Origin: Candidatus Zixiibacteriota bacterium
Lineage (GTDB): Bacteria > Zixibacteria > MSB-5A5 > GN15 > JAAZOE01
Direction of reading: 5' to 3'
Assembly (NCBI GenBank): GCA_043819555.1
Contig: JBDREQ010000021.1
Span: 1-64,000, forward strand
Length of the DNA stretch: 64,000 bases
Of the stretch, positions 31,398-41,785 are shown in pieces. A program made the translations under genes and the position numbers. Position 1 is the first letter of the stretch. Every line of letters starts with the position of its first letter. The notes beneath the pieces are model-generated. The model was not told where the DNA came from, did no database searches, and worked only from the letters and a program-made list of their open reading frames with translations.

Positions 31398-32627
31398 CTA
31401 TTTGTTCATAAAATCCATTATTTCATTGCGCAAGGCAAGAATAGCCGAGTCACCTGGAGAATAATAAAGAGCACTATCACAATTACTTAAGGCTTCCTCA
31501 AATCGATTAAGAAGAGTTAGAGAAATGGCTCGGTATTTCCATGCTCTGTAGCTATCTGGCTGGTAGGATAGGGCACTATCGTAACCGGCAATTGCCTCCC
31601 CATGTCGATTAAGTTCTGTCAGCGCATAACCGCGCTTGTACCAGGCTTCGAGCAAATCAGATTTATAAACCAAGGCACTATCAAAACTGGCAATTGCCTC
31701 CTCATCACGATTGAGTTCTATTAGTGCATTACCGCGGTAATGCCAAGCATTATAATGATTTGAATTGAAGATCAAAGTACTGTCAAAACTGGCAATCGCC
31801 TCCCCATATTGATTGAGTTTTATTAGATCTATGCCGCGATTGTACCATGCTTCAACAATATCATGCTTATAAGCAAGAGCTCTGTCGTAATTCGCGATCG
31901 CTTCATTGGGACGGCTTAGTTTCGTATAAGCAAAACCTCGATTATACCAAGCTTTATAATAGGTCAAATCATAAACTAAGGCACTATCATAGCTGGCAAT
32001 TGCTTCCTCATAACGATCGAGCTTTGTCAAGGTATTGCCTCGGTTGTACCACGCATTACGCGAAAACGAATCATAGGTTACGCTACTATCATAGCATACA
32101 AGAGCTAATTCGTTATTCCCCTGACGTGAGTTAATATATCCGATATAGAAAAAAACCGAAGCTCGCTGAAAAAGGTTTTCGCCTGCCGCCTTCAGAGCAT
32201 AATCCAAATGAGTCAAGGCATCATCATACTTTTCCAAACCTATTGCAACTATTCCTTTATCAAAGGCTGTCTCGACGATTCCTTCCAAACGCTCGGCCAG
32301 CACACGGATTGTAGCTATAAGAGAAGAGTCAGGCTCCTCTTGCCCCGCTAATGTCATAACGTATGTCATTAAGTTTTCCATATCGAGTTTATGTTCAGCC
32401 TGAGGGTTTTCAACTTGATCGCCTACTTTTTCAACGTCGGATTTAGTTGCTGGGTTATCACTTGGCCAAAAGTTGAGCCCAGCACTGGCCAATACGCAAA
32501 GCCCAATCAGAACGTTGAGAGGCTTATTCAATCGTTTTAGGTATTCATTATAATTGCCAAGTGTTCTACCCAGCACGGCCAGGGCGGCTATAAAAGATAT
32601 AATTTTTATAATTGTTCCCAAATACAA
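31398..32627 (-). CDS. tetratricopeptide repeat protein with two N-terminal hydrophobic helices
   Basis: About 7-8 34-aa AWYNRG...EAIASYDSAL repeats, visible as 102-bp DNA periodicity. TTG start with a GGAGAGG RBS. Confidence 0.9.
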   Translation of the reverse strand: MYLGTIIKIISFIAALAVLGRTLGNYNEYLKRLNKPLNVLIGLCVLASAGLNFWPSDNPATKSDVEKVGDQVENPQAEHKLDMENLMTYVMTLAGQEEPDSSLIATIRVLAERLEGIVETAFDKGIVAIGLEKYDDALTHLDYALKAAGENLFQRASVFFYIGYINSRQGNNELALVCYDSSVTYDSFSRNAWYNRGNTLTKLDRYEEAIASYDSALVYDLTYYKAWYNRGFAYTKLSRPNEAIANYDRALAYKHDIVEAWYNRGIDLIKLNQYGEAIASFDSTLIFNSNHYNAWHYRGNALIELNRDEEAIASFDSALVYKSDLLEAWYKRGYALTELNRHGEAIAGYDSALSYQPDSYRAWKYRAISLTLLNRFEEALSNCDSALYYSPGDSAILALRNEIMDFMNK

Positions 32628-32688
32628 CTTCCTCTCCCACTGAATTAATAATACCCCAATTATATCCTAACGGCAATATAAATTATAT

Positions 32689-32787
32689 TGTCATACCCGC
32701 GAACGCTGGGTATCCAGAAAAATATCAACCTTATCTGGATTCCCGACTCGCTTCGCCCCTGACGGGGCTTCGCTCTCGGGAATGACA
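32689..32787. repeat. GTCAT(T/A)CCCG...CGGGAATGAC miniature palindromic element with nested hairpin
   Basis: tgtcatacccgcg...ggtatccag, a spacer, then ctggattcccga...gcccc-tgac-ggggc...tcgggaatgaca. Confidence 0.75.
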
Positions 32788-32862
32788 CAGAAAAAGAACG
32801 TTATCTTTGGCTTCATCAGTGCGACAACTCGAGAGTTATCGCTACGCATAATGGCCGAATTC

Positions 32863-34854
32863 TCACTTCGCCTTCTTCAGCTTCTCCCTAAGGCTAATAA
32901 TCTCGTCGCGGAGGCGGGCGGCCGATTCGAATTCGAGATTCTCAGCCGCTTTACGCATCGCTTTGGAAAGGAATGTAACCTGGTCCTCAAGACCCATCGA
33001 GGCGAAGAAATCCGGTTTTTCGATTTCTTCATCAACGGCTGTCTTGGAATCGGCAAACGATGTCGCCTGCAGAATTTCTTCCTTGGTTTTGCGAATCGTC
33101 TCGGGTGTGATGCCGTGTTCTTCGTTATACTCAAGCTGTCGTTGGCGACGACGTTCGGTTTCGGCCATCGCCCGCTTGATGGAATTCGTGATCACATCGG
33201 CATAATAGATGACTTTGCCGGCGGCATTGCGGGCCGCCCGGCCGGAAGTCTGAATCAATGCCTTATCCGAACGTAGAAAACCTTCTTTGTCTGCATCAAG
33301 AATAGCAACAAGCGAAACTTCAGGCAGGTCAAGTCCTTCACGAAGAAGATTAATACCGACCAAAACGTCGAATTTAGCGAGGCGCAGATCGCGAATCAAT
33401 TCGGTTCGATCAATCGTGTCGATTTCGCTATGGATATAGTGGGCTCTGATATTGAGTTTGACGAGGTAATCGGTCAGGTCTTCCGACATCCGTTTGGTCA
33501 GAGTAGTCACCAACACTCGTTCTTTGGCGGCGATGCGCTTGCGGATTTCATCGAGGAGATCATCGACCTGATTGGTGACCGGCCGAATTTCAATCACGGG
33601 ATCAATCAGCCCGGTCGGGCGAATCACCTGCTCCACGACAACACCATCCGATTTCTCAATTTCGTATTCGGCGGGAGTGGCAGAGACATATATGATATGT
33701 TTTTGAAGCGAATCGAATTCCTCAAAAAACAATGGCCGATTATCCAAAGCCGAAGGAAGCCGGTAACCGTGCTCGACCAGAGTTTCTTTGCGCGAGCGGT
33801 CGCCGGCAAACATCCCCCGCACCTGTGGAACCGATTGATGCGATTCGTCGATAATCGTCAAAAATTCGTCGGGGAAAAAATCAATCAGGGTATAAGGCCT
33901 CTCCCCCGCTTTACGTCCGGTCAGGTGGCGGCTGTAGTTTTCAATGCCGGAACAGTACCCTATCTCGCGCATCATCTCAATATCATAGTTGGTTCGGGAA
34001 TCAATACGCTGGGCTTCCAAAAGTTTATCGTTGGCCTGAAAATACTCGAGCCGCTGACTCAATTCATCTTTGATTGTTATAATAGCTTTTTCGAGCTGAG
34101 GCTGTGTCGTCACAAAATGCTTGGCGGGATAAATCGCAACGCGCGGGCGATTATCATAAATTTCACCGGAGACAGGATTGAATGTCGTTAAGCGTTCGAC
34201 TTCATCGCCATAAAACTCTATCCGAAGAGCATATTCCTGATAAGCCGGTATCAGCTCAATGGTGTCGCCTCGCACTCGAAAATTACCGCGCGAAAAATCA
34301 ATATCATTGCGATTATAATGAATATGAATAAGCTGTCGGATCATCTCATCGCGATCGACTTCCTGACCGACTTCGAGAAAGAGAAGTAGCTCTTTGTAAT
34401 CTTTGGGTGAGCCCAGGCCATAGATGCAGGATACGGAAGAAACGATTATTACATCTTTTCGCTCCAAAAGCGACGCTGTTGCCCGCAGTCGAAGGCGGTC
34501 GATATCATCATTCATTGAAGTATCTTTTTCGATGTAAGTATCGGTCGTCGGGATATACGCTTCGGGCTGATAATAATCATAGTAGCTTATAAAAAATTCA
34601 ACGGCATTGTTCGGAAAAAAGGCTTTCATTTCGCCATAGAGCTGGGCCGCCAGAGTCTTATTATGAGATAAAATCAGGGCGGGTCGATTGTAGCGGGCGA
34701 TAACATTGGCCATCGTAAAAGTTTTGCCCGAACCGGTGACGCCAAGAAGAGTTTGATGCTTCTGTCCCTGCTCCAGCCCCCGGACAAGCCTGTCGATGGC
34801 TTCCGGCTGATCGCCCTTGGGTTCGAAATTCGATACCAGTTGAAATTCGCTCAT
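32863..34854 (-). CDS. uvrB: excinuclease ABC subunit B
   Basis: [36 protein letters not shown] and a C-terminal UVR motif. Confidence 0.98.
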   Translation of the reverse strand: MSEFQLVSNFEPKGDQPEAIDRLVRGLEQGQKHQTLLGVTGSGKTFTMANVIARYNRPALILSHNKTLAAQLYGEMKAFFPNNAVEFFISYYDYYQPEAYIPTTDTYIEKDTSMNDDIDRLRLRATASLLERKDVIIVSSVSCIYGLGSPKDYKELLLFLEVGQEVDRDEMIRQLIHIHYNRNDIDFSRGNFRVRGDTIELIPAYQEYALRIEFYGDEVERLTTFNPVSGEIYDNRPRVAIYPAKHFVTTQPQLEKAIITIKDELSQRLEYFQANDKLLEAQRIDSRTNYDIEMMREIGYCSGIENYSRHLTGRKAGERPYTLIDFFPDEFLTIIDESHQSVPQVRGMFAGDRSRKETLVEHGYRLPSALDNRPLFFEEFDSLQKHIIYVSATPAEYEIEKSDGVVVEQVIRPTGLIDPVIEIRPVTNQVDDLLDEIRKRIAAKERVLVTTLTKRMSEDLTDYLVKLNIRAHYIHSEIDTIDRTELIRDLRLAKFDVLVGINLLREGLDLPEVSLVAILDADKEGFLRSDKALIQTSGRAARNAAGKVIYYADVITNSIKRAMAETERRRQRQLEYNEEHGITPETIRKTKEEILQATSFADSKTAVDEEIEKPDFFASMGLEDQVTFLSKAMRKAAENLEFESAARLRDEIISLREKLKKAK

Positions 34855-35096
34855 AACCGGATAATATATGGAAAAAGCGTCATAAGACAATCACAAGTTG
34901 GCAATTGTAAATAAGAAATGTGATGCGGATATCATTTTTTTGAACGGTAAGTACATTGGGGAGTATAAGTTGTAAGCAGGTAAATAAAAACACTTTAGAG
35001 GAGAGGAAAGCCGGTGATATTTTGCTTGACTTGTGCCGTCTGGATATTACCTTCTAAGATTAACTATTTTAAAAACTCTTTGGAGGAATTGGATTT

Positions 35097-35414
35097 ATGT
35101 ACGCTGTAATCGAAACAGGCGGCACCCAATTTACTGTCGAGGAAGGGGCTCTTGTCAAGGTCCCCAAGTTGGACGGTGCGGTCGGAGAAAAGGTAACGAT
35201 TGATAAGGTTCTTCTCATTTCCGGCAATGATAAGCCGGTGGTCGGCAATCCATACGTGGAAAACGCGACGGTTGAGGCGGAATTGTTGGCTCAGGATAAG
35301 GATGAAAAGATTACCGTTTATAAGATTAAAAGACGGACCAAGTATCGCCGCACCAAAGGTCACAGGCAATCATATACGGAACTAAAAATTACTAAAATTA
35401 ATACGCCGGCGTAA
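35097..35414 (+). CDS. rplU: 50S ribosomal protein L21
   Basis: MYAVIETGG.Q and KGHRQSYT. GGAGG RBS. Confidence 0.97.
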   Translation: MYAVIETGGTQFTVEEGALVKVPKLDGAVGEKVTIDKVLLISGNDKPVVGNPYVENATVEAELLAQDKDEKITVYKIKRRTKYRRTKGHRQSYTELKITKINTPA

Positions 35415-35426
35415 TAAAAAATATTG

Positions 35427-37793
35427 ATGGATATATCGAAGATCAGGGACGGGATTAGAGGAATTATTATTCCCGGCGTAATCGCCTTTGCGCTGGTAAT
35501 TATTGTAAGCTCCCCAGCCGCCGCTCAGCAATATCAGCAATATAAAATTGTCGATATTCAGGTAAGCGGCAATGTCAATTCTTCTGAAACCATGATAAAA
35601 AATATCGCGGCCTTTCCGCTGGGCGGAACTCTTAAGGGAACTGAAGTTCAGGGCGCGGTTAAGAGCCTTTATGCTCAGGGGATATTTCGCGATATCTCGG
35701 TGGAAATCGAACCGGTCACGGCCGGCATCATTATCCATATCAAAGTCAGTGAATATCCGCAACTCACCAGCATCAAGTATGACGGCAACGATAAGATAAA
35801 AGACAAAGACCTGGAAGAGCTTCTGCGGCTGGCTCCGGGCGGATTTATTTCGGATCATCTGGCGTTGCAGGCCAAAGCCAAAATCGAAGCGGAATATATG
35901 GCCAAAGGTTATTTTCTGGCTAAGGCCAATCCGGAATTGAAATATTCGGAAGATTCTACGCATGCTGATCTGACCTTCAAGATTAAAGAATTTAGCAAGG
36001 TAAAAGTTGAAACGGTTTATATGACCGGCTCTTCCCGACTTAATGCCGATGATCTTGTCAAGCAGATGTCAAACCGCAAGCACGGCTTTTTGCGATCATC
36101 TGATTTCAAAAAAGAAAAATACTCGGAAGATTTGGTCAAGATTATTGAATACTGCAACACAAAAGGATTTGTCGACGCTTATATTAAATCCGATTCATTT
36201 GTTATCGATACGGCCCGCAATCGAATGAGCATATACATCAATATATATGAGGGACCTCGGTATTATTTTGGGGAAGTCGAGTTTTCGGGAAATGAGATTT
36301 TTGGCGCCGAACAGCTTCGTAAAGCCCTGAAACACGGACAGGGCAATGTTTTTGATCAGGAAAAATATGATGAATCGCTGGGCGAAATATACGGGGTATA
36401 CCAGGAAGAGGGTTATTTGCATGTTCGGATTCTCGATGAACGCAAAACCCGCGACTCAACGATTGATATTACATACCAGATAATTGAGGGTCTGCCTTCC
36501 GAAATACGCATGATAAATATCGCCGGCAATACCAAAACAAAAGAAAAAGTTATTCGCCGTGAAATGTACGTTCGCCCGGGAGATACTTTCCATCGGTCGC
36601 TTCTGATGCGCTCGCTTCGCGAAGCGATGCAATTGAATTACTTCGCCGATGTTGTGCCGGATATTAGAAATTTACCGTCAGGCGATGTCGATTTGATCAT
36701 GAAAGTAGAAGAAAAGCCGACCGGGCAGGTTTCGGCCGGCGCAGGATATTCTGGCCAGGACAAACTGGTTGGCACTTTTGGCCTCGGTATACCAAACTTC
36801 AGAGGCAACGGTCAAAACCTGAGCATGAATGTTGATTTTGGTTCCCGCCGCAATTCCGTGTCGGTTGGATTCACCGAACCCTGGTTTCTCGGCACGCCAA
36901 CATCGGTAGGAGGCGATATTTATAATCTGAATCGCCGCTGGTATGATGATTTTACCGAAGGACGTCGCGGAGGAGCACTCCGATTGGGCCGGCGTTTGAG
37001 ATGGCCGGATAATTATTTCAAAGTTTTCTGGCGATATCGGCTTGAAGATGTGAAGTACTTCGATTTTTCTGACGGTTTCCGCGGACAAAGCGGCGATATT
37101 GTATTTGATTCCGATGGCAATCAATCCTATATACCCAACGCCGGTTCGCTGATAAATTTTAAAGAAAAATGGTTGAGAACTTCGGCGACATCGCTGACTA
37201 TTGAGCGCGATAGTCGTGATCTTCCAATATTTTCCACGAACGGTTCGCGCGTGTCATACACCGGCGAATACGCCGGCGGGGTTTTGGGCGGACAATGGGA
37301 TTATTATAAACACCTGTTTATTGCCCAGAGATTTATTCCCCTGGGATGGAATTTCGCGTTTGTCAGTAAATTCAGATTCGGATATATCAGCGCTGACAAC
37401 AATGACAAGATACCTTATTCCGAACGGTTTTCACCGGGAGGAGTTGATCCTGACGGCATGGTTCGCGGATACCCTGACGCTTCGCTTTCCCCTCGGGGAC
37501 CGGGCGGAAGTTTTAACCGGGGAACATCAGAGGTAATCTATAATTTTGAACTTCAGTTCCCGCTTGTAGATCAGCAAATATATGTTCTGGGCTTTGCCGA
37601 TGCCGGAGCGGCCTGGGAAAGCAAAAGAGATATTAAATTGTTTTCCGGTCTCGCGCGAGGAGCCGGAATCGGATTTAGATTGGTCGTACCGGGGGTCGGC
37701 GTTATTGGATTTGACTTTGGTTACGCATTTGACGAAGTTTATGGCGAGTCCAAAGGCTGGAAGCCTCATTTCCAGGTTGGGCAGGGATTTTAG
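35427..37793 (+). CDS. bamA: outer membrane protein assembly factor BamA
   Basis: Five POTRA-like repeats, GNTKTKEKVIRRE, VRGY and a terminal Phe. Confidence 0.95.
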   Translation: MDISKIRDGIRGIIIPGVIAFALVIIVSSPAAAQQYQQYKIVDIQVSGNVNSSETMIKNIAAFPLGGTLKGTEVQGAVKSLYAQGIFRDISVEIEPVTAGIIIHIKVSEYPQLTSIKYDGNDKIKDKDLEELLRLAPGGFISDHLALQAKAKIEAEYMAKGYFLAKANPELKYSEDSTHADLTFKIKEFSKVKVETVYMTGSSRLNADDLVKQMSNRKHGFLRSSDFKKEKYSEDLVKIIEYCNTKGFVDAYIKSDSFVIDTARNRMSIYINIYEGPRYYFGEVEFSGNEIFGAEQLRKALKHGQGNVFDQEKYDESLGEIYGVYQEEGYLHVRILDERKTRDSTIDITYQIIEGLPSEIRMINIAGNTKTKEKVIRREMYVRPGDTFHRSLLMRSLREAMQLNYFADVVPDIRNLPSGDVDLIMKVEEKPTGQVSAGAGYSGQDKLVGTFGLGIPNFRGNGQNLSMNVDFGSRRNSVSVGFTEPWFLGTPTSVGGDIYNLNRRWYDDFTEGRRGGALRLGRRLRWPDNYFKVFWRYRLEDVKYFDFSDGFRGQSGDIVFDSDGNQSYIPNAGSLINFKEKWLRTSATSLTIERDSRDLPIFSTNGSRVSYTGEYAGGVLGGQWDYYKHLFIAQRFIPLGWNFAFVSKFRFGYISADNNDKIPYSERFSPGGVDPDGMVRGYPDASLSPRGPGGSFNRGTSEVIYNFELQFPLVDQQIYVLGFADAGAAWESKRDIKLFSGLARGAGIGFRLVVPGVGVIGFDFGYAFDEVYGESKGWKPHFQVGQGF

Positions 37794-37834
37794 GATTTTT
37801 GAAACGTATATGTTCTTTATAGAAGGAGAATGTC

Positions 37835-38353
37835 ATGTGGAAACCGATTAGATTGAGTATTGTGTGTTTCATCTTCATCTTAGGTTTAGGCGGAAATGTA
37901 CTGGCGCAAAAATTGGCGTTTGTTGATTCTGAAAGGATTTTCGCAACTTATACCGAATGGACCAGAGCCCAGGAGCAATTCCAGACTGAAATGAAGGGAT
38001 GGGATGATGAAGCGTCCCTGATGCAAAGCGAATTGCAGAATATGTACACCGAGTATGAAAAACAGAAGCTAATTCTCTCGGCCGACAAGAAGGCCGAAAG
38101 AGAAGCCGCGATTGTCGCCAAAGAACAACTATTGCAGGCCTTTACGCGAGACGTTTCGGCGCCGGGCGGCCGGGCCGAAAGAAGACAGAGCGAATTGGCT
38201 CAACCGCTTCTGGAAAAAATTACAGCTGCAATAGAAAAAGTCGCGATCGAAGATAATATCGAATTCGTGTTCAATTCCACCGGACTCGCTTATGGTAAAA
38301 AGGAGCTGGATATTACCGATAAGGTTCTCGATATACTCGAAGAAGGCGAGTAA
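37835..38353 (+). CDS. skp: OmpH/Skp periplasmic chaperone
   Basis: Signal peptide, KLAFVD, a coiled coil and DITDKVL. Lies between bamA and lpxD. Confidence 0.9.
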   Translation: MWKPIRLSIVCFIFILGLGGNVLAQKLAFVDSERIFATYTEWTRAQEQFQTEMKGWDDEASLMQSELQNMYTEYEKQKLILSADKKAEREAAIVAKEQLLQAFTRDVSAPGGRAERRQSELAQPLLEKITAAIEKVAIEDNIEFVFNSTGLAYGKKELDITDKVLDILEEGE

Positions 38354-38355
38354 TC

Positions 38356-39366
38356 TTGCCGTTTACGGTTAGAGAATTATCCGAAAAAATCGGAGCCGAG
38401 TACAAAGGCGATGGAGCTGTGATAATTGAATCGGCGGCTCCGATTGATACCGCCGGTCCGGGACAGATTACTTTTTTGTCCAATCCCGCCTACAAGAAAT
38501 TTCTGGCCGACTCCAAAGCGTCGGCCTTTGTTTTATCGGCCGACAACGCGATCGAAGGGAAAAACACGATAATATGCGGTAATCCTTATCAGGACTTCTC
38601 CAAAATCATAAATATATTATATCCTCTCCCCTACGAAGAAAATTGGACTATTCATCCCACGGCGGTAGTTTCAGAAAAAGCCTCGCTTTCTGACCGGGTT
38701 GAAATCGGGCCTAACGTGGTCATAGAAGAAGGCGCAAAGATTGGGCATGAGTGCGTTATCAAAGCTGGAACATTTATAGGCAAGAACTCAAGTATCGGTG
38801 ATAATTGCCGGATAGCTCCCAATGTCTCGATAATGCATGAAATCAAAATCGGGAACAATGTCATAATTCACGCCGGCACGGTAATAGGTTCCGATGGATT
38901 TGGTTTCGCACCGACCGAACCCGGTCAGGAATATTCAAAAATCCGCCAGGTCGGCTGGGTTGAAATCGGAGATAATGTTGAAATTGGAGCGGGCGTTACG
39001 ATTGACCGGGGCGCTATCGGGCCGACGGTCATTGAGCGAGGCGTCAAAATCGATAATCTGGTACAAATCGCGCATAATGTCAGGATTGGAAAAAACTCGA
39101 TTATTATTGCTCAAGTTGGTATCTCAGGCTCGACTAAACTGGGCAATGCCGTTATCCTGGCCGGACAGGTTGGTGTTGTTGGACATATTGAAATTGGCGA
39201 CGGAGCGATTGTCGGAGCGCAATCTGGAGTTTCCAAATCACTTGAAAGCGGTAAAATGTATTTTGGGTCTCCGGCCAAACCGATTATGGAATCAACACGA
39301 ATCGAAGCCTCCCTCCGCAAACTCCCTGAAATCATCAAACGCGTCAGGAAGCTGGAAGAGGGGTAG
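38356..39366 (+). CDS. lpxD: UDP-3-O-acylglucosamine N-acyltransferase
   Basis: Hexapeptide repeats, GSDGFGF and [11 protein letters not shown]. Confidence 0.96.
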   Translation: MPFTVRELSEKIGAEYKGDGAVIIESAAPIDTAGPGQITFLSNPAYKKFLADSKASAFVLSADNAIEGKNTIICGNPYQDFSKIINILYPLPYEENWTIHPTAVVSEKASLSDRVEIGPNVVIEEGAKIGHECVIKAGTFIGKNSSIGDNCRIAPNVSIMHEIKIGNNVIIHAGTVIGSDGFGFAPTEPGQEYSKIRQVGWVEIGDNVEIGAGVTIDRGAIGPTVIERGVKIDNLVQIAHNVRIGKNSIIIAQVGISGSTKLGNAVILAGQVGVVGHIEIGDGAIVGAQSGVSKSLESGKMYFGSPAKPIMESTRIEASLRKLPEIIKRVRKLEEG

Positions 39367-39381
39367 GACTTCAAATGGACA

Positions 39382-39597
39382 GGTGGCCCACTGCAACTTG
39401 TTGCGGTGGGTTCCCGCCTGGAGCTTATGGCTCAACCTCTTTCATCTCCATTTAACACTTCCCATCCTATTCCGGCATTCCTTAAATTATACTGATTATA
39501 CTATTTAATGCAAAGACAATTCTACGGATTGACCCCAAAATGCTCGCCCAATGGACGGACCGGTGGCCTACTGCAACTTGTTGCGGTGGGTTCCCGC
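39382..39597 (+). repeat. two direct copies (39382-39417 and 39562-39597) of a 36-bp palindromic repeat
   Basis: ggtggcc(c/t)actgcaacttgttgcggtgggttcccgc, 35/36 identical, 180 bp apart. Confidence 0.9.
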
Positions 39598-39696
39598 ATA
39601 GAACCTTTGCAATTATTGCACTGGATCAACATTAATTCCGAAACTACTTCCATAAATGAATAACCATGCCGCACTTATGCTAATAACTTTATATTA

Positions 39697-39722
39697 TACG
39701 GGTCGGGCAACTCGATCCCTAC
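39697..39722 (-). repeat. GTAG-type REP-like palindrome
   Basis: Reverse complement gtagggatcgagttgcccgacccgta shares its ends with 30982-31008. Confidence 0.6.
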
Positions 39723-39895
39723 AGGAAGGGTTCAGCTCATATACGGGACAGCCAAAAAGTGGCAACGCCACAATCACCATCAAACATGCAGCGAATAACC
39801 AAAAATGACAGAGCAAAGCCATTTTGCTATAACTAACAGAGGTATAAGACAATACGCTGAATTTTGTGAAATAAAATGTTGATAACTCGAACCAC

Positions 39896-39930
39896 AGATT
39901 GCCACAATCGCTTGGCTCGTTAGCAATGAC
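39896..39930 (+). repeat. AGATTGCCAC...GCAATGAC half element
   Basis: Same ends as 31023-31059. Confidence 0.6.
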
Positions 39931-40049
39931 AGGCGGAATGGCAGGAGCCCGTTGGGCTCCTTCCCGACGAGATTGGTTTACAGGCATAATAGTTTTGTTT
40001 ATATTCACACTGCAAAGCTGTGTACCGCCAATGAGAATAAAAGAGTAAT

Positions 40050-40101
40050 GCAGGTCGGGTTCCGATCGCAGACCCGATAGGGTCGATGCGAGAAATCCGA
40101 C
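40050..40101 (+). repeat. G(C/T)AGGTCGGGTT...AATCCGAC REP-like hairpin
   Basis: Outer stem gtcgggtt/aatccgac encloses tcgca-gaccc-gata-gggtc-ga-tgcga. Confidence 0.6.
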
Positions 40102-40127
40102 AAAAAAACTTGCAAGGAATATTCTAT

Positions 40128-40496
40128 ATGTCCGGCAAAGTCAACATTACCGAGAAACTGGCGTCTTTCAATAAACATTGGTCTCCCAAAATTGTGGGCG
40201 AACTCAACGGTCAGTATGTCAAAGTCGTCAAGTTCAAAGGCGAATACGTTTGGCATCATCACGACAATGAAGACGAAATGTTTCTGGTTATAAAAGGAAG
40301 CATGGACATTCATCTTGAGGATTCGGTGATTAATCTTTCCGGGGGAGAATTTTATATTGTCCATCGCGGGATTGAACACAAGCCCGCCGCCGAGGAAGAA
40401 TGCCACTGCCTGCTATTTGAACCGGCCACAACGCGAAACACCGGCAACGTCGATCATAAATACACCATCGAACCTGATGATCTTGAGAAATTATGA
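40128..40496 (+). CDS. cupin domain protein
   Basis: HWSPKIV, WHHHDNEDEMF, HRGIEHKP and FEPATTRNTG. Confidence 0.9.
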   Translation: MSGKVNITEKLASFNKHWSPKIVGELNGQYVKVVKFKGEYVWHHHDNEDEMFLVIKGSMDIHLEDSVINLSGGEFYIVHRGIEHKPAAEEECHCLLFEPATTRNTGNVDHKYTIEPDDLEKL

Positions 40497-40498
40497 TT

Positions 40499-40526
40499 AA
40501 AAAAACACCGGCTTAAAAACCGGTGT
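40499..40526 (-). terminator. probable terminator of the cytochrome c/NrfC/NrfD operon
   Basis: acaccgg/ccggtgt stem preceded by an A-run, between convergent genes. Confidence 0.6.
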
Positions 40527-40556
40527 GAAATTTCTATTTATCTTCTGAGAAATTAT

Positions 40557-41783
40557 CTATTTTTCGACGTCAGCCGCAGTGAGTTTCATCGGTTCGTGAT
40601 GGCTCCCCTCCCACGGCGGAAAGATTTTTACAAGAATAAACAGAATAACAAACGGCATGAGTAATAGCACTATCGATACAAAGAGCCCCTCGAGGCCGAA
40701 CATTTCCAGTTTATAGGTGGTCAGGCCGCGCAGGCTTTTTGAAAACAGTTGACCGCCCAGAACAACATTCCAACGGGTGCTGAAGATGCCGACCTGAACC
40801 AAAATGGCGGCGATAAAATAGAGCATCCGCTTCATTTCATCGGGCACTTGTCTGAAACGAGCCATAACCAAAGCGCCCATAGGAGTCACGCTGCCGATAA
40901 TAATCTGGCTGATTATCAGACTGATAAAGAGCCGGTTCGTAATCATCGATGACAAGATATGTATCGACTCCTCAGATTCATAAAGCCGGTGAACAAAATC
41001 GAGAAGCTCCAGCGAAAAATCGACAATCATGGCAACAAGCAGGAATAATCCCAGCTTATTGAGACAATCCATATTGATGCGTTTCCAGCGGAACATGGTT
41101 GAGACCATGTAAATCAAGACCATGAGAGCAATACCGGAAACAATCGCTGAAAATAAAAATACAATCGGCATAAGAACGCTGCTCCACCACGGATTTGCTT
41201 TGACTGAGCCAAAAATAAACCCGACATAACCATGCAATAAAAACGCGGAGGGAATACCGATCAGGGTAATAAATCTTCCCGCTTTGGCATCGAAGGCCAG
41301 GGCTTCGTCGGAGGTACTGGTTGAACCGAGGCTTAACGCGTAGTAAAAATATTTTTTCAGGCCGGCGCTTTCTCTGGCCCATTTGATGATATCGCAGCGG
41401 TAATCAAACCAGATTTCCAAAAGCAGCACAACCATCAGATACCAGGCATAGACAAAACCGAACATGGCCATCGCCGATTGGGTGTGCGGCGTCAAAAACA
41501 TTTCCAGCGCGCGTTCGGGTCTTCCCAAATGCGCCAAAAGGGGCAAAGGAGCAATCAGAAGAAACGCCAACGCCGTTAATAATGACAAACGATAAACGGG
41601 AGTCAGAGCGCTAACCTTAAAAACTCTTTCCAGCGACGCCAGGATGAAGGCTCCTGCCACGAGTCCCGTGAGATAAGGATAAACAACAATGAGAATACCC
41701 CAATGGAGTTCAAATTCATTTGGATAAATATATCCGGTGGCGCCGGCAATAGCCGAAGCGGCATTGGCCAGAATATTCTCCAT
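40557..41783 (-). CDS. NrfD/PsrC family quinone-interacting membrane subunit
   Basis: WGILIVVYPYLTGLVAGAF, HLGRPER and many TM helices. Confidence 0.9.
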   Translation of the reverse strand: MENILANAASAIAGATGYIYPNEFELHWGILIVVYPYLTGLVAGAFILASLERVFKVSALTPVYRLSLLTALAFLLIAPLPLLAHLGRPERALEMFLTPHTQSAMAMFGFVYAWYLMVVLLLEIWFDYRCDIIKWARESAGLKKYFYYALSLGSTSTSDEALAFDAKAGRFITLIGIPSAFLLHGYVGFIFGSVKANPWWSSVLMPIVFLFSAIVSGIALMVLIYMVSTMFRWKRINMDCLNKLGLFLLVAMIVDFSLELLDFVHRLYESEESIHILSSMITNRLFISLIISQIIIGSVTPMGALVMARFRQVPDEMKRMLYFIAAILVQVGIFSTRWNVVLGGQLFSKSLRGLTTYKLEMFGLEGLFVSIVLLLMPFVILFILVKIFPPWEGSHHEPMKLTAADVEK

Positions 41784-41785
41784 GT

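Noticed and set aside
32782..34191. Long plus-strand ORFs (32782-33276 and 33430-34191) opposite uvrB, and similar antisense ORFs over acs, ispG, E2/nadA, glnS, gltX and the acyl-CoA ligase
   Set aside because: They are shadow frames of well-supported genes and carry no recognisable motifs.
34900..35096. Possible L21 leader or other cis-regulatory RNA before rplU
   Set aside because: I could not see a convincing conserved stem structure by eye. An Rfam scan would be needed.
39382..39597. Two 36-bp palindromic direct repeats resembling a mini CRISPR array
   Set aside because: There are only two units with a 144-bp spacer, related copies are dispersed elsewhere, and there are no cas genes in the window. 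A REP-like family fits better.
39694..40008. 104-aa minus-strand ORF in the intergenic region after lpxD
   Set aside because: It runs through two repeat elements and has no recognisable motif or clear RBS, so it is probably spurious.
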